Assembly (NCBI RefSeq): GCF_030646925.1
Contig: NZ_JAUSKL010000102.1
Location: 3,457-67,456, forward strand
Direction: 5' to 3'
Source of the DNA: Candidatus Binatus sp.
Lineage (GTDB): Bacteria > Desulfobacterota > Binatia > Binatales > Binataceae
Length of the DNA stretch: 64,000 nucleotides
Of the stretch, positions 35,871-45,606 are shown piece by piece (within the stretch, counting starts at the first letter, position 1; each line of letters begins with the position of its first letter). The translations under genes were made by a program, and so were the position numbers. A model generated the notes under the pieces. It made no database searches and had not been told where the DNA came from. It saw nothing but the letters and a program-made list of their open reading frames with translations.

Positions 35871-38042
35871 GTGAGCGACTCTATACTCCGCGAAATAATC
35901 ACCGCGGCTCAATCGAGCGGCCGTTCCGTACTAACTGAAATCGAAAGCAAGCGCATCCTGCACGCGCTCGGCATCTCTGTGCGATTGCCGGAAGTTGCGG
36001 CCAGCGCCGACGCGGCCTCGGCGGCGGCCTCGAAGATCGGATTTCCAGTCGTGCTCAAAGTGCTCTCGCCGGAGGTGAGTCACAAAAGCGAGGTTGGCGG
36101 CGTCGAACTGAACCTGGGCAGCGAAACGGAAGTGCGCGGCGCCTTCGACAGAATCCGCGGCAATCTTGCGGCCAAGGCTCCCCACGCGCGATTCGAGGGC
36201 GTCACGGTGCAGCCAATGGCGCGCGCGGGAATCGAACTGATCGCGGGAATCACGCGCGACGAGCGATTCGGCCCGCTGGTGATGGTCGGCCTCGGCGGCG
36301 TGCTGGTCGAGGTGATGAAGGATACGGCGCTGCGCCTGGCGCCGATTGGCGGACGCGACGTGCACGAGATGCTCGACGAGTTGCGCGGCAACGCGATCCT
36401 GCGTGGCGTGCGCGGCCAGCCGGGCGCGGATATCGACGCGATCACGTCGCTGCTCGAGAAGATTTCCGGCTTCGCGGCGGCGCATCCGGAAATTATCGAG
36501 ATGGATCTGAATCCGGTGGTCGCCTACGAGGACGGCCTGGAGGTGCTCGATGCGCGAATCGGGGTCGATACGAAAACGCGAGAACCGCATCGCGTCGATC
36601 CGCATCGCGCGGCGCGACTCGAGAATCTAGCGCGCGCATTCAATCCGCGCGCAGTTGCAGTGATCGGCGACAAGCGGGTGGGCGGCTACATGTGGCTGCG
36701 GGCGATGCGCAACTTGAAGAGCAAGCTCTACTCGGTGCAAATCGATCCGAACGAGATCCCGGGCATCGAAGCGATGGGCGTCGAGAATCGCAAGAGCCTG
36801 GCCGAGATCACCGAGCCGATCGACTACGCGGTCAGCGCCGTGCCGCGGCAGGTCGCGCCGCGAATCCTGAAGGACTGTATCGCGAATCGGGTCGGCTCGA
36901 TCGGATTTTTCACCTCGGGATTTTCAGAGACCACGGAAGAGCTGGGAATTCGCCTCGAAAATGAACTCCGCGACGCGGCGCTCGATTCCGAGATCGCGCT
37001 GGTCGGTCCCAACTGCATGGGCCTCTACAGTCCGGGCGCGGGGATGTGCAATTTTCCCGATCTTGTGGTCGGCGAAGCCGGCGACACGTGCTTCATTTCG
37101 CAGAGCGGCACGCACACGATCAACTTTTGCCTGCAGGCGCCGTCGCACGGAATCAAGGTCAACAAGGCGGCGTCGATCGGCAACGTGCTCGTGCTCGAAG
37201 CCGCGGACTATCTCGATCTGATGGCCAATGATCCCGCCACGCGCGTGATCGGGATGTATATCGAAGGCGTGCGCGACGGGCGGCGCTTTTTCGAGAGCGT
37301 GCGCCACACGGCGGCGCGCCATCCGGTGGTGATTTGGAAGGGCGGTATCACCGAGGCCGGCGCACGCGCGACGTTCTCGCATACCGGTTCGCTGGCAACC
37401 GCGGCCGCCACGTGGCACGCGATGGTGCGGCAGAGTGGGGCGGTCGAGGTGTCGAACCTGGATGCGATGCTCGATGCGGTCGAGTTGTTTGCGCGGGCGC
37501 GGCGCTTCAACGGCAAGGGGATGGGACTGGTCGCGATGACCGGCGGACAGTCGGTGGTGATCACCGATACGTTCGCGTCGGCGGGGCTCGAAATTCCGGC
37601 GCTTTCGCAGTCGTCGTACGACGAGCTCAAAACGTTTTTCAACATTATCGGCGGCAGTTATCGCAATCCGCTCGACGCGGGTGGCACGATCGGCGCCGCG
37701 GTGCAGCAGGGCAACCTTGATCGCATCCTCGAGATCATGGAACGCGACCCGGTGATCGACGCGGTGGTGCTCGAGATCGGCACCGGCTTCCGCGCCTCGC
37801 GATGGCTCACGCATCCCGAGGAGGTCACCGGCCTGCTGGACAAGCTGGCGGCGTTCGCCGGCAGATCGTCGAAGCCGTTCGCAATCGTGATGCATCCGGC
37901 GCACCTCGAGGCGGCCGTCGCGCATGGCAAGGAGTTAGCGCGCCAACGCAATCTCGTGGTGTTCGATAGCTTCGAGCGGGCCGCGGCGGCGTTTCGCGTC
38001 GTCAGCGACTACTGGGAAAATCGCACGAGAATCGCGAACTAG
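35871..38042 (+). CDS. ADP-forming acyl-CoA synthetase family protein with ATP-grasp module N-terminal to the CoA-binding/ligase-CoA modules
   Basis: N-terminal motifs LTEIESKRILHALGI and PVVLKVLSPEVSHKSEVGGVELNL. Later: AFNPRAVAVIGD, LVGPNCMGL and the phosphohistidine loop FSHTGSLA. GTG start. Confidence 0.8.
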   Translation: MSDSILREIITAAQSSGRSVLTEIESKRILHALGISVRLPEVAASADAASAAASKIGFPVVLKVLSPEVSHKSEVGGVELNLGSETEVRGAFDRIRGNLAAKAPHARFEGVTVQPMARAGIELIAGITRDERFGPLVMVGLGGVLVEVMKDTALRLAPIGGRDVHEMLDELRGNAILRGVRGQPGADIDAITSLLEKISGFAAAHPEIIEMDLNPVVAYEDGLEVLDARIGVDTKTREPHRVDPHRAARLENLARAFNPRAVAVIGDKRVGGYMWLRAMRNLKSKLYSVQIDPNEIPGIEAMGVENRKSLAEITEPIDYAVSAVPRQVAPRILKDCIANRVGSIGFFTSGFSETTEELGIRLENELRDAALDSEIALVGPNCMGLYSPGAGMCNFPDLVVGEAGDTCFISQSGTHTINFCLQAPSHGIKVNKAASIGNVLVLEAADYLDLMANDPATRVIGMYIEGVRDGRRFFESVRHTAARHPVVIWKGGITEAGARATFSHTGSLATAAATWHAMVRQSGAVEVSNLDAMLDAVELFARARRFNGKGMGLVAMTGGQSVVITDTFASAGLEIPALSQSSYDELKTFFNIIGGSYRNPLDAGGTIGAAVQQGNLDRILEIMERDPVIDAVVLEIGTGFRASRWLTHPEEVTGLLDKLAAFAGRSSKPFAIVMHPAHLEAAVAHGKELARQRNLVVFDSFERAAAAFRVVSDYWENRTRIAN

Positions 38043-38053
38043 GCCATCTGCGA

Positions 38054-39421
38054 TCAGCGCGGCGGCGCGAGCACGGTGAGCGTGGCGCCCGTCGAGGCGT
38101 CGCCGTCGAGAAACGCGAGCCAGCGGCCCTTGGGCGACCAGCTCATAGTGACGGTGCCGCGCGCCGGTCCAGCGGCGAGCAGAAAAGCCGCGTCGGTCGG
38201 TAGCGAATAGCTGACGATTTTGCGCCACGGAATCGGCTGGCTGGGCGCGAAGACCTGCATCGCAGCTTCGTCGGCGCCCTTCGAGTAGGCCATCGAGCTT
38301 TGCGCGAGCATCGCGGGCGTCGAGTTGAAGCCGAGCGATTTTACGTCGGTGCGGCTTTCGTCGGGCTGCACGATCGCGACTTGCGCGAGCATCTCGAGTT
38401 GCGGACGTTCCGTCGCCATTCGAAATGTGAGCTTTTGATTCCCCAACACGACGATGTCGCCGCCGGGAGTGAACGACGCGGCGCCGGTCGATACTCCAAC
38501 CACGTGCTCCGCGCCGGTTTCGATATTGTGGCGGTAAACATCGACCGTGTTGTTGGTGGGATCCACGCCAACAAACAGAAACGTTCCTTCCTCTTCCGAA
38601 TCCCAATCGAGCACGTGGATCGGCGTGCTCCTGCCGAATTTGCCGCAGACCGATTTTCGCCGATCGATCACGACTGGCGCGGTTGATGAATCACCCTGGC
38701 CGACGGCGTACACGCCATGAGTGCTCCAACTGAGCGCCGACATCGGGCAGCCGAGCTTCAGCGGCGCGACCGAACTGGCGCCAGTCACGACGATTAGCTG
38801 GAGGCCGTCGATAGGCGTCGCCGGTGGATGATCGGTGTCGTCGCTGTCTGCATGTTCGATCGATTCTTCGGGATGCTTGCGAAGTGCGAGCGCGATCGTC
38901 GCGGAGTTCAGCCAACTCAGCGAAATCGAATCGAAGCGGCCGTCAAAACTTGCGATCACATTGCCGGGGCCCGACGCGATCAGATCGCGGATGACTACAT
39001 CGACGCGTTTGTGATCCGGCGCGACGATCGCAGTCGCCAGCGTGAGACCTTCCGGGCTGGCCGCGACGTCCACGATCGTCCCGCGCGCCGCCGCAGACGG
39101 CCCGATTTCCGTGGCGAGCACGCGTCCTGCGTGCCAATCCGGACCGCCGAGTCCGTACACCACGGTATGTCCGTCCTGCATGCCGACCACGCCAATCTCC
39201 GCGCTGTTTTCGAGCCACATCGGCGCGCGGCCGGCAATCGGCGCGAATCCATTCGGCAACGACACGTTCGTCACGACTTTGATGCCGTTGGTAATTTCGA
39301 GCGACGTCGAACGCGCGGTGAATGGTGGCTGCACCGCGGCGGGCGGCTGGTCGGCGCTGGAACACGACGCCACGCCCAAGGCGGCGAGCGCGGCAAACCG
39401 GATGAGGAAAGACCTGGCCAT
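38054..39421 (-). CDS. lipoprotein, unknown function (beta-rich)
   Basis: Start moved to ATG 39421, giving MARSFLIRFAALAALGVASC (lipobox). Confidence 0.65.
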   Translation of the reverse strand: MARSFLIRFAALAALGVASCSSADQPPAAVQPPFTARSTSLEITNGIKVVTNVSLPNGFAPIAGRAPMWLENSAEIGVVGMQDGHTVVYGLGGPDWHAGRVLATEIGPSAAARGTIVDVAASPEGLTLATAIVAPDHKRVDVVIRDLIASGPGNVIASFDGRFDSISLSWLNSATIALALRKHPEESIEHADSDDTDHPPATPIDGLQLIVVTGASSVAPLKLGCPMSALSWSTHGVYAVGQGDSSTAPVVIDRRKSVCGKFGRSTPIHVLDWDSEEEGTFLFVGVDPTNNTVDVYRHNIETGAEHVVGVSTGAASFTPGGDIVVLGNQKLTFRMATERPQLEMLAQVAIVQPDESRTDVKSLGFNSTPAMLAQSSMAYSKGADEAAMQVFAPSQPIPWRKIVSYSLPTDAAFLLAAGPARGTVTMSWSPKGRWLAFLDGDASTGATLTVLAPPR

Positions 39422-39484
39422 CGAAAAACGGTAGTCTAGCAGGGTGCTGAACAATTCTTCGAGTCTCGATGGCGATTTAACTGC

Positions 39485-41302
39485 GTGATGAAGAATCCAT
39501 TGCGGGAGTTTTCGTTGGATCGCGAGGTGCGTCTCGCGATTTTGGTGACGATATTGATCGCGGTGGGCGCGGTTGCTTGCGTGTTTGGCCACTGGATCGT
39601 CGGAATCGCACTGTTCGGAATCGCAGCGGCGCTGGTCGCCGCCTTCTGGCTCGCGGTAGTAAGGCCGGCGCGGATTCCGCGCGATGCCGTGGTGACGATT
39701 CGGCTTGCCGGATCGATTCCGGAGGAAACCGGGCGCTCACCGATCGATCAGATAATTCGCCGCCGAACGCTCAGCCTCGATAGCATCCGCGAGGCGCTCG
39801 AAGCAGCCGCGAAAGATTCCGCCGTGCGCGCGATCGTCGTTGAAATCGCGGGAATCGAAGTCGGACTCGCGACCGCGCATGAAATCCATCGCTTGTTACG
39901 CGCTGCGCACCTCGGCGGCAAACGCGTAGTCGCGCTGCTTCGAGGCGACATGGCGGGCCTCCGCGACTATCTGGTGGCGTGCGGTGCTAGCGAGATCGTC
40001 GCGAATCCCGACACGATGCTGACGATGCTTGGTGTCGCGACCGGTGGCGTGTTCCTCAAGAACGCGCTCGACAAACTGAAAATCCAGGCGCAGACGCTGC
40101 AGTGGAAGGAGTACAAGGGCGCGGCGGAGACGCTCGGTCGCGACGCGATGTCGCCGGCGCTGCGCGAAAGCCTGGAAGCGGTGGTTTCGGACTGGGAGAA
40201 AATCCTGGTCGAAGCGATCGCGTCGGCGCGAGGGCTCGCTCCGGAGCGGGTGCGCGAGCTCATTGCGGCGGGCTTTGTGAGCATGAAGTTCGCCATCGAA
40301 AATGGACTGATCGATCGCGAAGGATACATCGAAGACATCCGTGCGGCGTTCGAGCCCGACCAAGAGCAGAAAAAATTCGTCACCTTCAACCGCTACTGGC
40401 GGCACGCGGTTTACGTTCGCGAGCACGGACGCCGTGCGCGAATCGCGCTGATCCACGGTACCGGGCCGGTGGTCTCGGGCGACGCGTCAGCGGCGGGGGA
40501 ATATATCAGCGGGATCGCGACGGCGGCGGAAATCGATCGCGCGTCGCGCGACGAGCGAGTGCGCGCAATCGTGTTTCGCGTCAATTCGCCGGGCGGCTCG
40601 GCGGTCGGCTCCGATCTGGTTTGGCGCGCGGTTCGCGAGGCGCAGGGACGCGGCAAGCCCGTCGTCGTTTCGATGGGCGACGTGGCCGGCTCGGGCGGCT
40701 ATTACGTCGCGGCGGGCGCCGACGCGATCGTGGCGGAGGCGGCGACGATCACCGGCTCGATCGGGGTGGTGTATGCGAAGTTCAATCTCGGCAGCCTGCT
40801 CAGCGATCTAGGCGTGCGGTTCGATTACGTGAAGAGTGCGCCGGTCGCGGACGCAACTTCGTTCTCGCGCGCGATGACCGAAGCGGAACTCGCGCAGATG
40901 AACGATACGATCGGGCATCTGTACGCGAACTTCACCGCCAAGGTCGCGGAGGGCAGACGGCTCGGCCCCGCCGAAACGGAAGAGGTTGCGCGCGGGCGCG
41001 TGTGGAGCGGGCTTGCGGCGAAGGAGCGCGGACTGGTCGATGAAATCGGCGGGCTCACAAAAGCGATCGAAATCGCGCGGAGCCGCGCGCACATAAAAGA
41101 AAATGAGCAGCATCAGCTCGTGCGGTATCATTCGCCGGCGCGATTCTGGGGACTCAGGCCGAGCAATCCCGACGTATCGACGACGTGGGCGATTCGCGCC
41201 GCGGCGAGCGCATTGGGAATCCCTGCGAGGTGGATGCCGGCGATGCTCGAGATGATGATGCGCGGCGGCGCGATGCTGCTTTGTCCGTTCCTCGAGCTCT
41301 AA
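39485..41302 (+). CDS. sppA: signal peptide peptidase SppA, 67K type (S49)
   Basis: Two S49 modules: VVEIAGIEVG... and VNSPGGSAVGSD, MGDVAGSGGYYVA. N-terminal TM hairpin. Confidence 0.85.
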   Translation: MMKNPLREFSLDREVRLAILVTILIAVGAVACVFGHWIVGIALFGIAAALVAAFWLAVVRPARIPRDAVVTIRLAGSIPEETGRSPIDQIIRRRTLSLDSIREALEAAAKDSAVRAIVVEIAGIEVGLATAHEIHRLLRAAHLGGKRVVALLRGDMAGLRDYLVACGASEIVANPDTMLTMLGVATGGVFLKNALDKLKIQAQTLQWKEYKGAAETLGRDAMSPALRESLEAVVSDWEKILVEAIASARGLAPERVRELIAAGFVSMKFAIENGLIDREGYIEDIRAAFEPDQEQKKFVTFNRYWRHAVYVREHGRRARIALIHGTGPVVSGDASAAGEYISGIATAAEIDRASRDERVRAIVFRVNSPGGSAVGSDLVWRAVREAQGRGKPVVVSMGDVAGSGGYYVAAGADAIVAEAATITGSIGVVYAKFNLGSLLSDLGVRFDYVKSAPVADATSFSRAMTEAELAQMNDTIGHLYANFTAKVAEGRRLGPAETEEVARGRVWSGLAAKERGLVDEIGGLTKAIEIARSRAHIKENEQHQLVRYHSPARFWGLRPSNPDVSTTWAIRAAASALGIPARWMPAMLEMMMRGGAMLLCPFLEL

Positions 41303-41311
41303 AATTCGGCG

Positions 41312-42235
41312 CTACAGCGGCGAGCGCTGTAGCTCCTCGCGAATCGAGTACATCTTCTGGCGCGCTTCGCTGATGTAGGCGTCGAGATTGCGGCGATGAT
41401 TCGCGAACAGGCCCGCGGGCGAACCATTCATCACAACGAGAGGCTTCAGCACCGCCGCTTTGCCGAGCGCATCCTCGGTTTCGTCGAACATCGTCTTCAA
41501 GATTGGGTCGTCTTTGAAAGTCACAACATACTCGCGCTCGATCGCCTCGATCATGTGAAACATCACGTGCGCGTAACCTTGGGCGTGATAAAAATAGTGA
41601 TCGCAATCCCAGGTGTGGACGGCGCTGCCGTCATCTTTTTTGCTGCGGTAGAGGTTCGCGTGCGCATCGCCGAGCAGGTCGGTCCACGCCTGCACGAGGC
41701 GAATCAACTCGACGGCGCGAACGTTAAGCTCGCGCGAGGTCGGCGGATTGTCACGCAGCCCGGTGACGTATAGCCGCAGATGCGCGACGCCGTCGGCGTA
41801 CTTGCCTTCGGGCGCGGGCAGAATCCACTTGAGCGCGTCGTTGCGAAAATCGGTGTCGGCAATCACGAGGTTCTGATCGTACTGGTTCGACGAAACCTTG
41901 GTCAGGTTGTCCTTGAAGATGCGCGTGGTCTCGCGCACCGCCTGGATAATTCCGAGTTGGCGATCGGCGTTGTTGTCGGGGCCAACCTTCGGACCCCATA
42001 AAAAGAAATCGTTGGGACGCCATCCGAAGGCGGTGTGCAATTCGTGATCGACGATCGCCGCCAGCGTCGAGGCGAAAATCTCGCCGGGCGCCGTCGGCTT
42101 GCCCGGAGGAAAATGCTCCGCGATATCGTAATCGAGCTGGTTGTGGCGAATCTGGCCGAAGTGAAGCGCAAGGTTAAGCGCGATCCACAACGCGACGATC
42201 GCGCCGCCGATGATCAGGAGTCGATTTCTCGTCAC
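41312..42235 (-). CDS. membrane-anchored hypothetical protein (possibly DUF2333-like)
   Basis: N-terminal TM segment LLIIGGAIVALWIALNLAL. The family call is from memory only. Confidence 0.55.
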   Translation of the reverse strand: MTRNRLLIIGGAIVALWIALNLALHFGQIRHNQLDYDIAEHFPPGKPTAPGEIFASTLAAIVDHELHTAFGWRPNDFFLWGPKVGPDNNADRQLGIIQAVRETTRIFKDNLTKVSSNQYDQNLVIADTDFRNDALKWILPAPEGKYADGVAHLRLYVTGLRDNPPTSRELNVRAVELIRLVQAWTDLLGDAHANLYRSKKDDGSAVHTWDCDHYFYHAQGYAHVMFHMIEAIEREYVVTFKDDPILKTMFDETEDALGKAAVLKPLVVMNGSPAGLFANHRRNLDAYISEARQKMYSIREELQRSPL

Positions 42236-42283
42236 GCCGAAATCTTATGTCACGGCCGAAGATTGCTGAAGCGAGATGCGCAG

Positions 42284-43072
42284 TCAGGATGCTGCGCCGA
42301 GTGCGAGCGCAGTGACGCTTTTCAGTTCATCGCGGCTGGTGCCGAGTTGCTTTAGCGTCGGCAGTACGGCGCGCGTGAAGAACTTGCGCGGGCTGATGCC
42401 GCCGCCGCCAATCCTGAGATGCTCCTGGTAGTCGGGAATCAGTCCGTCGCCGGGCATGCTGAAGTTCGCGATCACCATAGCCAGGTCTGCGATCGTGCCG
42501 CTGCGATCGTCGGCTATCTCGAGCGCGAGCATCTCGCGATAAAAGCCGGCGTGCGCCGCTTCGTCGCGGCCGATGAAGAAGAAAATCGCCTCGAGTGTTT
42601 TGTCGTTCTCGAGTTCGGCGCGATCCTTCTGCGCCTTATAGGCGAGATAAGTCGCGGTTTCCTGGAGGGCGCCGTAGCAGGCCATCTGGCGGAGAGTCTT
42701 GAACGGCATCTTCCACGAGCGCGAAAACGTATCAGCCTCGAACTTGCTGAACTGCTCCTCGGTGCGCATTCCCGACCGGAGCAGATACTCGCGAAAGGCG
42801 AGACCGTGGCGCGATTCCTCGTGGCTCCAGCAGGTTTGAAACCACGCCAGGCCGAACACCGAGCGCGTCATCTCGACGCCCGCCAGATTGTAGTCCGGCA
42901 GATACATTTCCTCGGCGCAGTAAGTCTCGATCCTGATCGCGCGTTCCTCGGTGTTGGTTTCGGGCGAGAGTTTGTCCCACGGAATGTCTTCGAAAATGTT
43001 CCAGCGGCGCTTGCGCTCCGCGGTCTCGAAGAAATCCATGTACGCGCGATAAAACTTTTCTTTGGGAATCAT
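42284..43072 (-). CDS. soluble di-iron acyl-ACP desaturase family protein
   Basis: Two ExxH di-iron motifs: WSHEESRHG and GRDEAAHAG. Confidence 0.8.
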   Translation of the reverse strand: MIPKEKFYRAYMDFFETAERKRRWNIFEDIPWDKLSPETNTEERAIRIETYCAEEMYLPDYNLAGVEMTRSVFGLAWFQTCWSHEESRHGLAFREYLLRSGMRTEEQFSKFEADTFSRSWKMPFKTLRQMACYGALQETATYLAYKAQKDRAELENDKTLEAIFFFIGRDEAAHAGFYREMLALEIADDRSGTIADLAMVIANFSMPGDGLIPDYQEHLRIGGGGISPRKFFTRAVLPTLKQLGTSRDELKSVTALALGAAS

Positions 43073-43169
43073 GCTGGATACGAAAAGGCTAGCAGTATCC
43101 CGCGCAAAGTCCTAATCGGTTTGGTGATACGGGTACATTATTTCATTTTGCAGGGCACGAGAGATCAGC

Positions 43170-44480
43170 CTACAGACGGCCTAACAATCGTTTGATCATC
43201 GAGGTTTTCTTCGGAATGTCGGCCGGCGCGAGCAATGCGATCGTCGCGACCGGCTTGCCGCCAGCGAGCACGTTCGCGGTGCCGATTTGCTGCCCGGCCT
43301 TGACCGGCGCAGCGACCGACGGCGGCAAATTGTAATCGACCTTGAGATCGGTCTTCGCATCGCCGCGTTTCTGAAACACGCCCGCGTCGCTGCCCCACAC
43401 CGGCTTGATCACGTCCGTCTCGCCGCCGCTCACCGCGACGACCTGCGCGATCGGAGAGCCCTTCTTCGCCACCGAATGAATTTGGTAATTGACGAAGCCC
43501 TGCGACAGCAGTTCGGATGCCATCTTGAAATTGGTCAGCTTATGCGGAGTACCGAGCACCACCGCGACCAGGCGCAGATCGCCGCGCTTCGCCGTTGCGA
43601 CGACGTTGAATCCGGCCTTGTCGTAGAAACCGGTCTTGAGCCCGTCGCATCCTTGATAGGTGCGCACCAGGTGATTGGTGTTGCGCAGCACGAAACTGCC
43701 GCCGCGAAACGGCGCGGTGTCGATCGCCGACCATCTGAGCACGTCGGGATACTTGAGCAGTTCGCGCGCGAGCAACGCCTGGTCGTAGGCGCTTGCGACG
43801 TCGGCCTGTTCGCCCGGCGCCGGCGGCAATCCATGCACATTGTAGTAGTGGCTGTCCTTCATGCCGAGCGCCGCGGCTTTCTGATTCATGAGCATCACGA
43901 ACGCGTCGGTCGAACCGCCGATGTATTCTGCGACTGCCGCCGACGCGTCGTTGGCGGAGTGCACGACGATCGCCTTCATCATGTCGTCGAGCGAGAAGGT
44001 TTCGCCCTCTTTGAGATAAACCTGCGAGCCGCCCATCTGCGCGGCGCTGCGCGAGGTGGTGACCTGATCGGTGGGCTTGAGCGAGCCGTCGTGAAGTTTT
44101 TCCGCGACGATCAGCATCAGCATCATCTTCGCCAGCGACGCGGTTGGCCACGGCTGATGATCGTTGGCCTCGAAAATGACGGTGCCGGTGACCGGTTCCA
44201 TCACGACGGCTTCGGCGTATGGACCCATCAATCCGCTTTTTTTGGCGTCAGTCGCGCCTTCTTCATCAGATGGCGCGGCGGATTTTGCCGCCGGCGCAGC
44301 TTTGGCGCGGCGATGACGCGCGGCGTCGGCATTCGGCGGCGCGAGCATCGCAAGCAGCATCGCGAGCGCGACAAAAGCTCCAACGTATCGAGTGATCAAA
44401 TTCGGGGCGAGACAAACGCCCGATCGTGAAAGGGTATCCATCGTAAACATCCTCCCAACAGCATCGCGCCTACCCACCAA
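43170..44480 (-). CDS. D-alanyl-D-alanine carboxypeptidase (S11, PBP5-like)
   Basis: SxxK motif (TASLAKMM), SxN motif (HSANDAS) and KTG motif (LKTGF). The start is uncertain; ATG 44450 or 44441 are also possible. Confidence 0.85.
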   Translation of the reverse strand: MVGRRDAVGRMFTMDTLSRSGVCLAPNLITRYVGAFVALAMLLAMLAPPNADAARHRRAKAAPAAKSAAPSDEEGATDAKKSGLMGPYAEAVVMEPVTGTVIFEANDHQPWPTASLAKMMLMLIVAEKLHDGSLKPTDQVTTSRSAAQMGGSQVYLKEGETFSLDDMMKAIVVHSANDASAAVAEYIGGSTDAFVMLMNQKAAALGMKDSHYYNVHGLPPAPGEQADVASAYDQALLARELLKYPDVLRWSAIDTAPFRGGSFVLRNTNHLVRTYQGCDGLKTGFYDKAGFNVVATAKRGDLRLVAVVLGTPHKLTNFKMASELLSQGFVNYQIHSVAKKGSPIAQVVAVSGGETDVIKPVWGSDAGVFQKRGDAKTDLKVDYNLPPSVAAPVKAGQQIGTANVLAGGKPVATIALLAPADIPKKTSMIKRLLGRL

Positions 44481-44540
44481 CTACGATCCGCCAAGATGAA
44501 TCTCGCGGCAAGACAAAGCTGTGCACAATCGAGCGGGAAA

Positions 44541-45602
44541 TCAGAAACGGTCGGCGGTCCAGAAGAGCGAGCGCGAATCCTGGAAGGCCTCGAACGCGCA
44601 CGCCGACGCGGCATCGGCGGTCGTCTCGAATCGACGCGCAAGTTTGCCGGGCGCGAGAATCCGCCACATGTAGTTGTTATCGATATGGTGAGCGACCGGG
44701 CATCCGGCGTCGCTCAGGCGGCGCTCGAGTTCAGCGTCGTGCGCGGTATGGGTTATCAGCAATCCCGCGGCTTGAGCATCTTCGCCGCCGAGAAGCGCGG
44801 CGCGGCGATGATCTCCTTCGCGCTGAAAAGAAATCGGAGCACGCGACGCAACCTCGCCGAGATATTTGAACGACGCGAGCATCGCGTCGGGAGCATCCGG
44901 CAGATAGCCGAACTCCATCACCATCGAAACGCCGTGAAAGCGCGCGACGCGCGCGTAGGCGGCAATCCGGCCGGCCTCGCGGCACAGGATGAAATATTCC
45001 TTCGAGCCTTCGCCGGGATGCATCGGCTGGTTGCCGGCGAATTCGAGATTGGCGCGCCATGCGGCCTCGTCGCGGATTGCGGTGACGTTGAAGCGTCCGC
45101 TATACGCGCGATGAATCTCCGCGACCGCACCGAGATCGCGCGACGGCTCGAACGCATCGATCGTGAACTTGCCGCGAACTTTTATTGCTGCGGCGGCCGA
45201 CAGGATGCTGAACTTGCGCTCGACTTCGCGCCAGCCGAACTGATTGTAGAATGTCAGCCGCTCCGCAAACAGCAGCGAAACCTCGAAGCCCTCGCGCGTC
45301 ATCGTATCGACCGCGAGCCGCATCAGCGCCGACGCGACGCCTTTGTGCCGATACTCCTCGAGCGTGAACACCGATCCGATGCCGCCCATCGGCGCCGCTT
45401 GTCGGTCGAGATTGATGGCGCGATCGAAAATCTGGACGGTCGAGACGAGGCGATTGCCATCGCGCGCGACGAGGCACAACTCATCGCGAAACGCCGGATC
45501 GATTTGATTGTAGCGGGCGAAAAATTCGCGGTCGTTGTACCAGAGCGACAGCAAGTCGAGCACTTCATCGCGCTCGCTGCGATACGCCGCGCGTACTTCC
45601 AT
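44541..45602 (-). CDS. GNAT-family N-acetyltransferase with C-terminal extension
   Basis: Motifs GGIGSVFTLEEYRHKGVASALM and LFAERLTFYNQFGW. Confidence 0.75.
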   Translation of the reverse strand: MEVRAAYRSERDEVLDLLSLWYNDREFFARYNQIDPAFRDELCLVARDGNRLVSTVQIFDRAINLDRQAAPMGGIGSVFTLEEYRHKGVASALMRLAVDTMTREGFEVSLLFAERLTFYNQFGWREVERKFSILSAAAAIKVRGKFTIDAFEPSRDLGAVAEIHRAYSGRFNVTAIRDEAAWRANLEFAGNQPMHPGEGSKEYFILCREAGRIAAYARVARFHGVSMVMEFGYLPDAPDAMLASFKYLGEVASRAPISFQREGDHRRAALLGGEDAQAAGLLITHTAHDAELERRLSDAGCPVAHHIDNNYMWRILAPGKLARRFETTADAASACAFEAFQDSRSLFWTADRF

Positions 45603-45606
45603 CGTT

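Noticed and set aside
41311-41333. 9-bp hairpin gctacagcg-gcgag-cgctgtagc between convergent sppA and the 41312..42235 gene
   Set aside because: It overlaps a stop codon and lacks a proper U-tract on the plus strand, so evidence for a terminator is weak.
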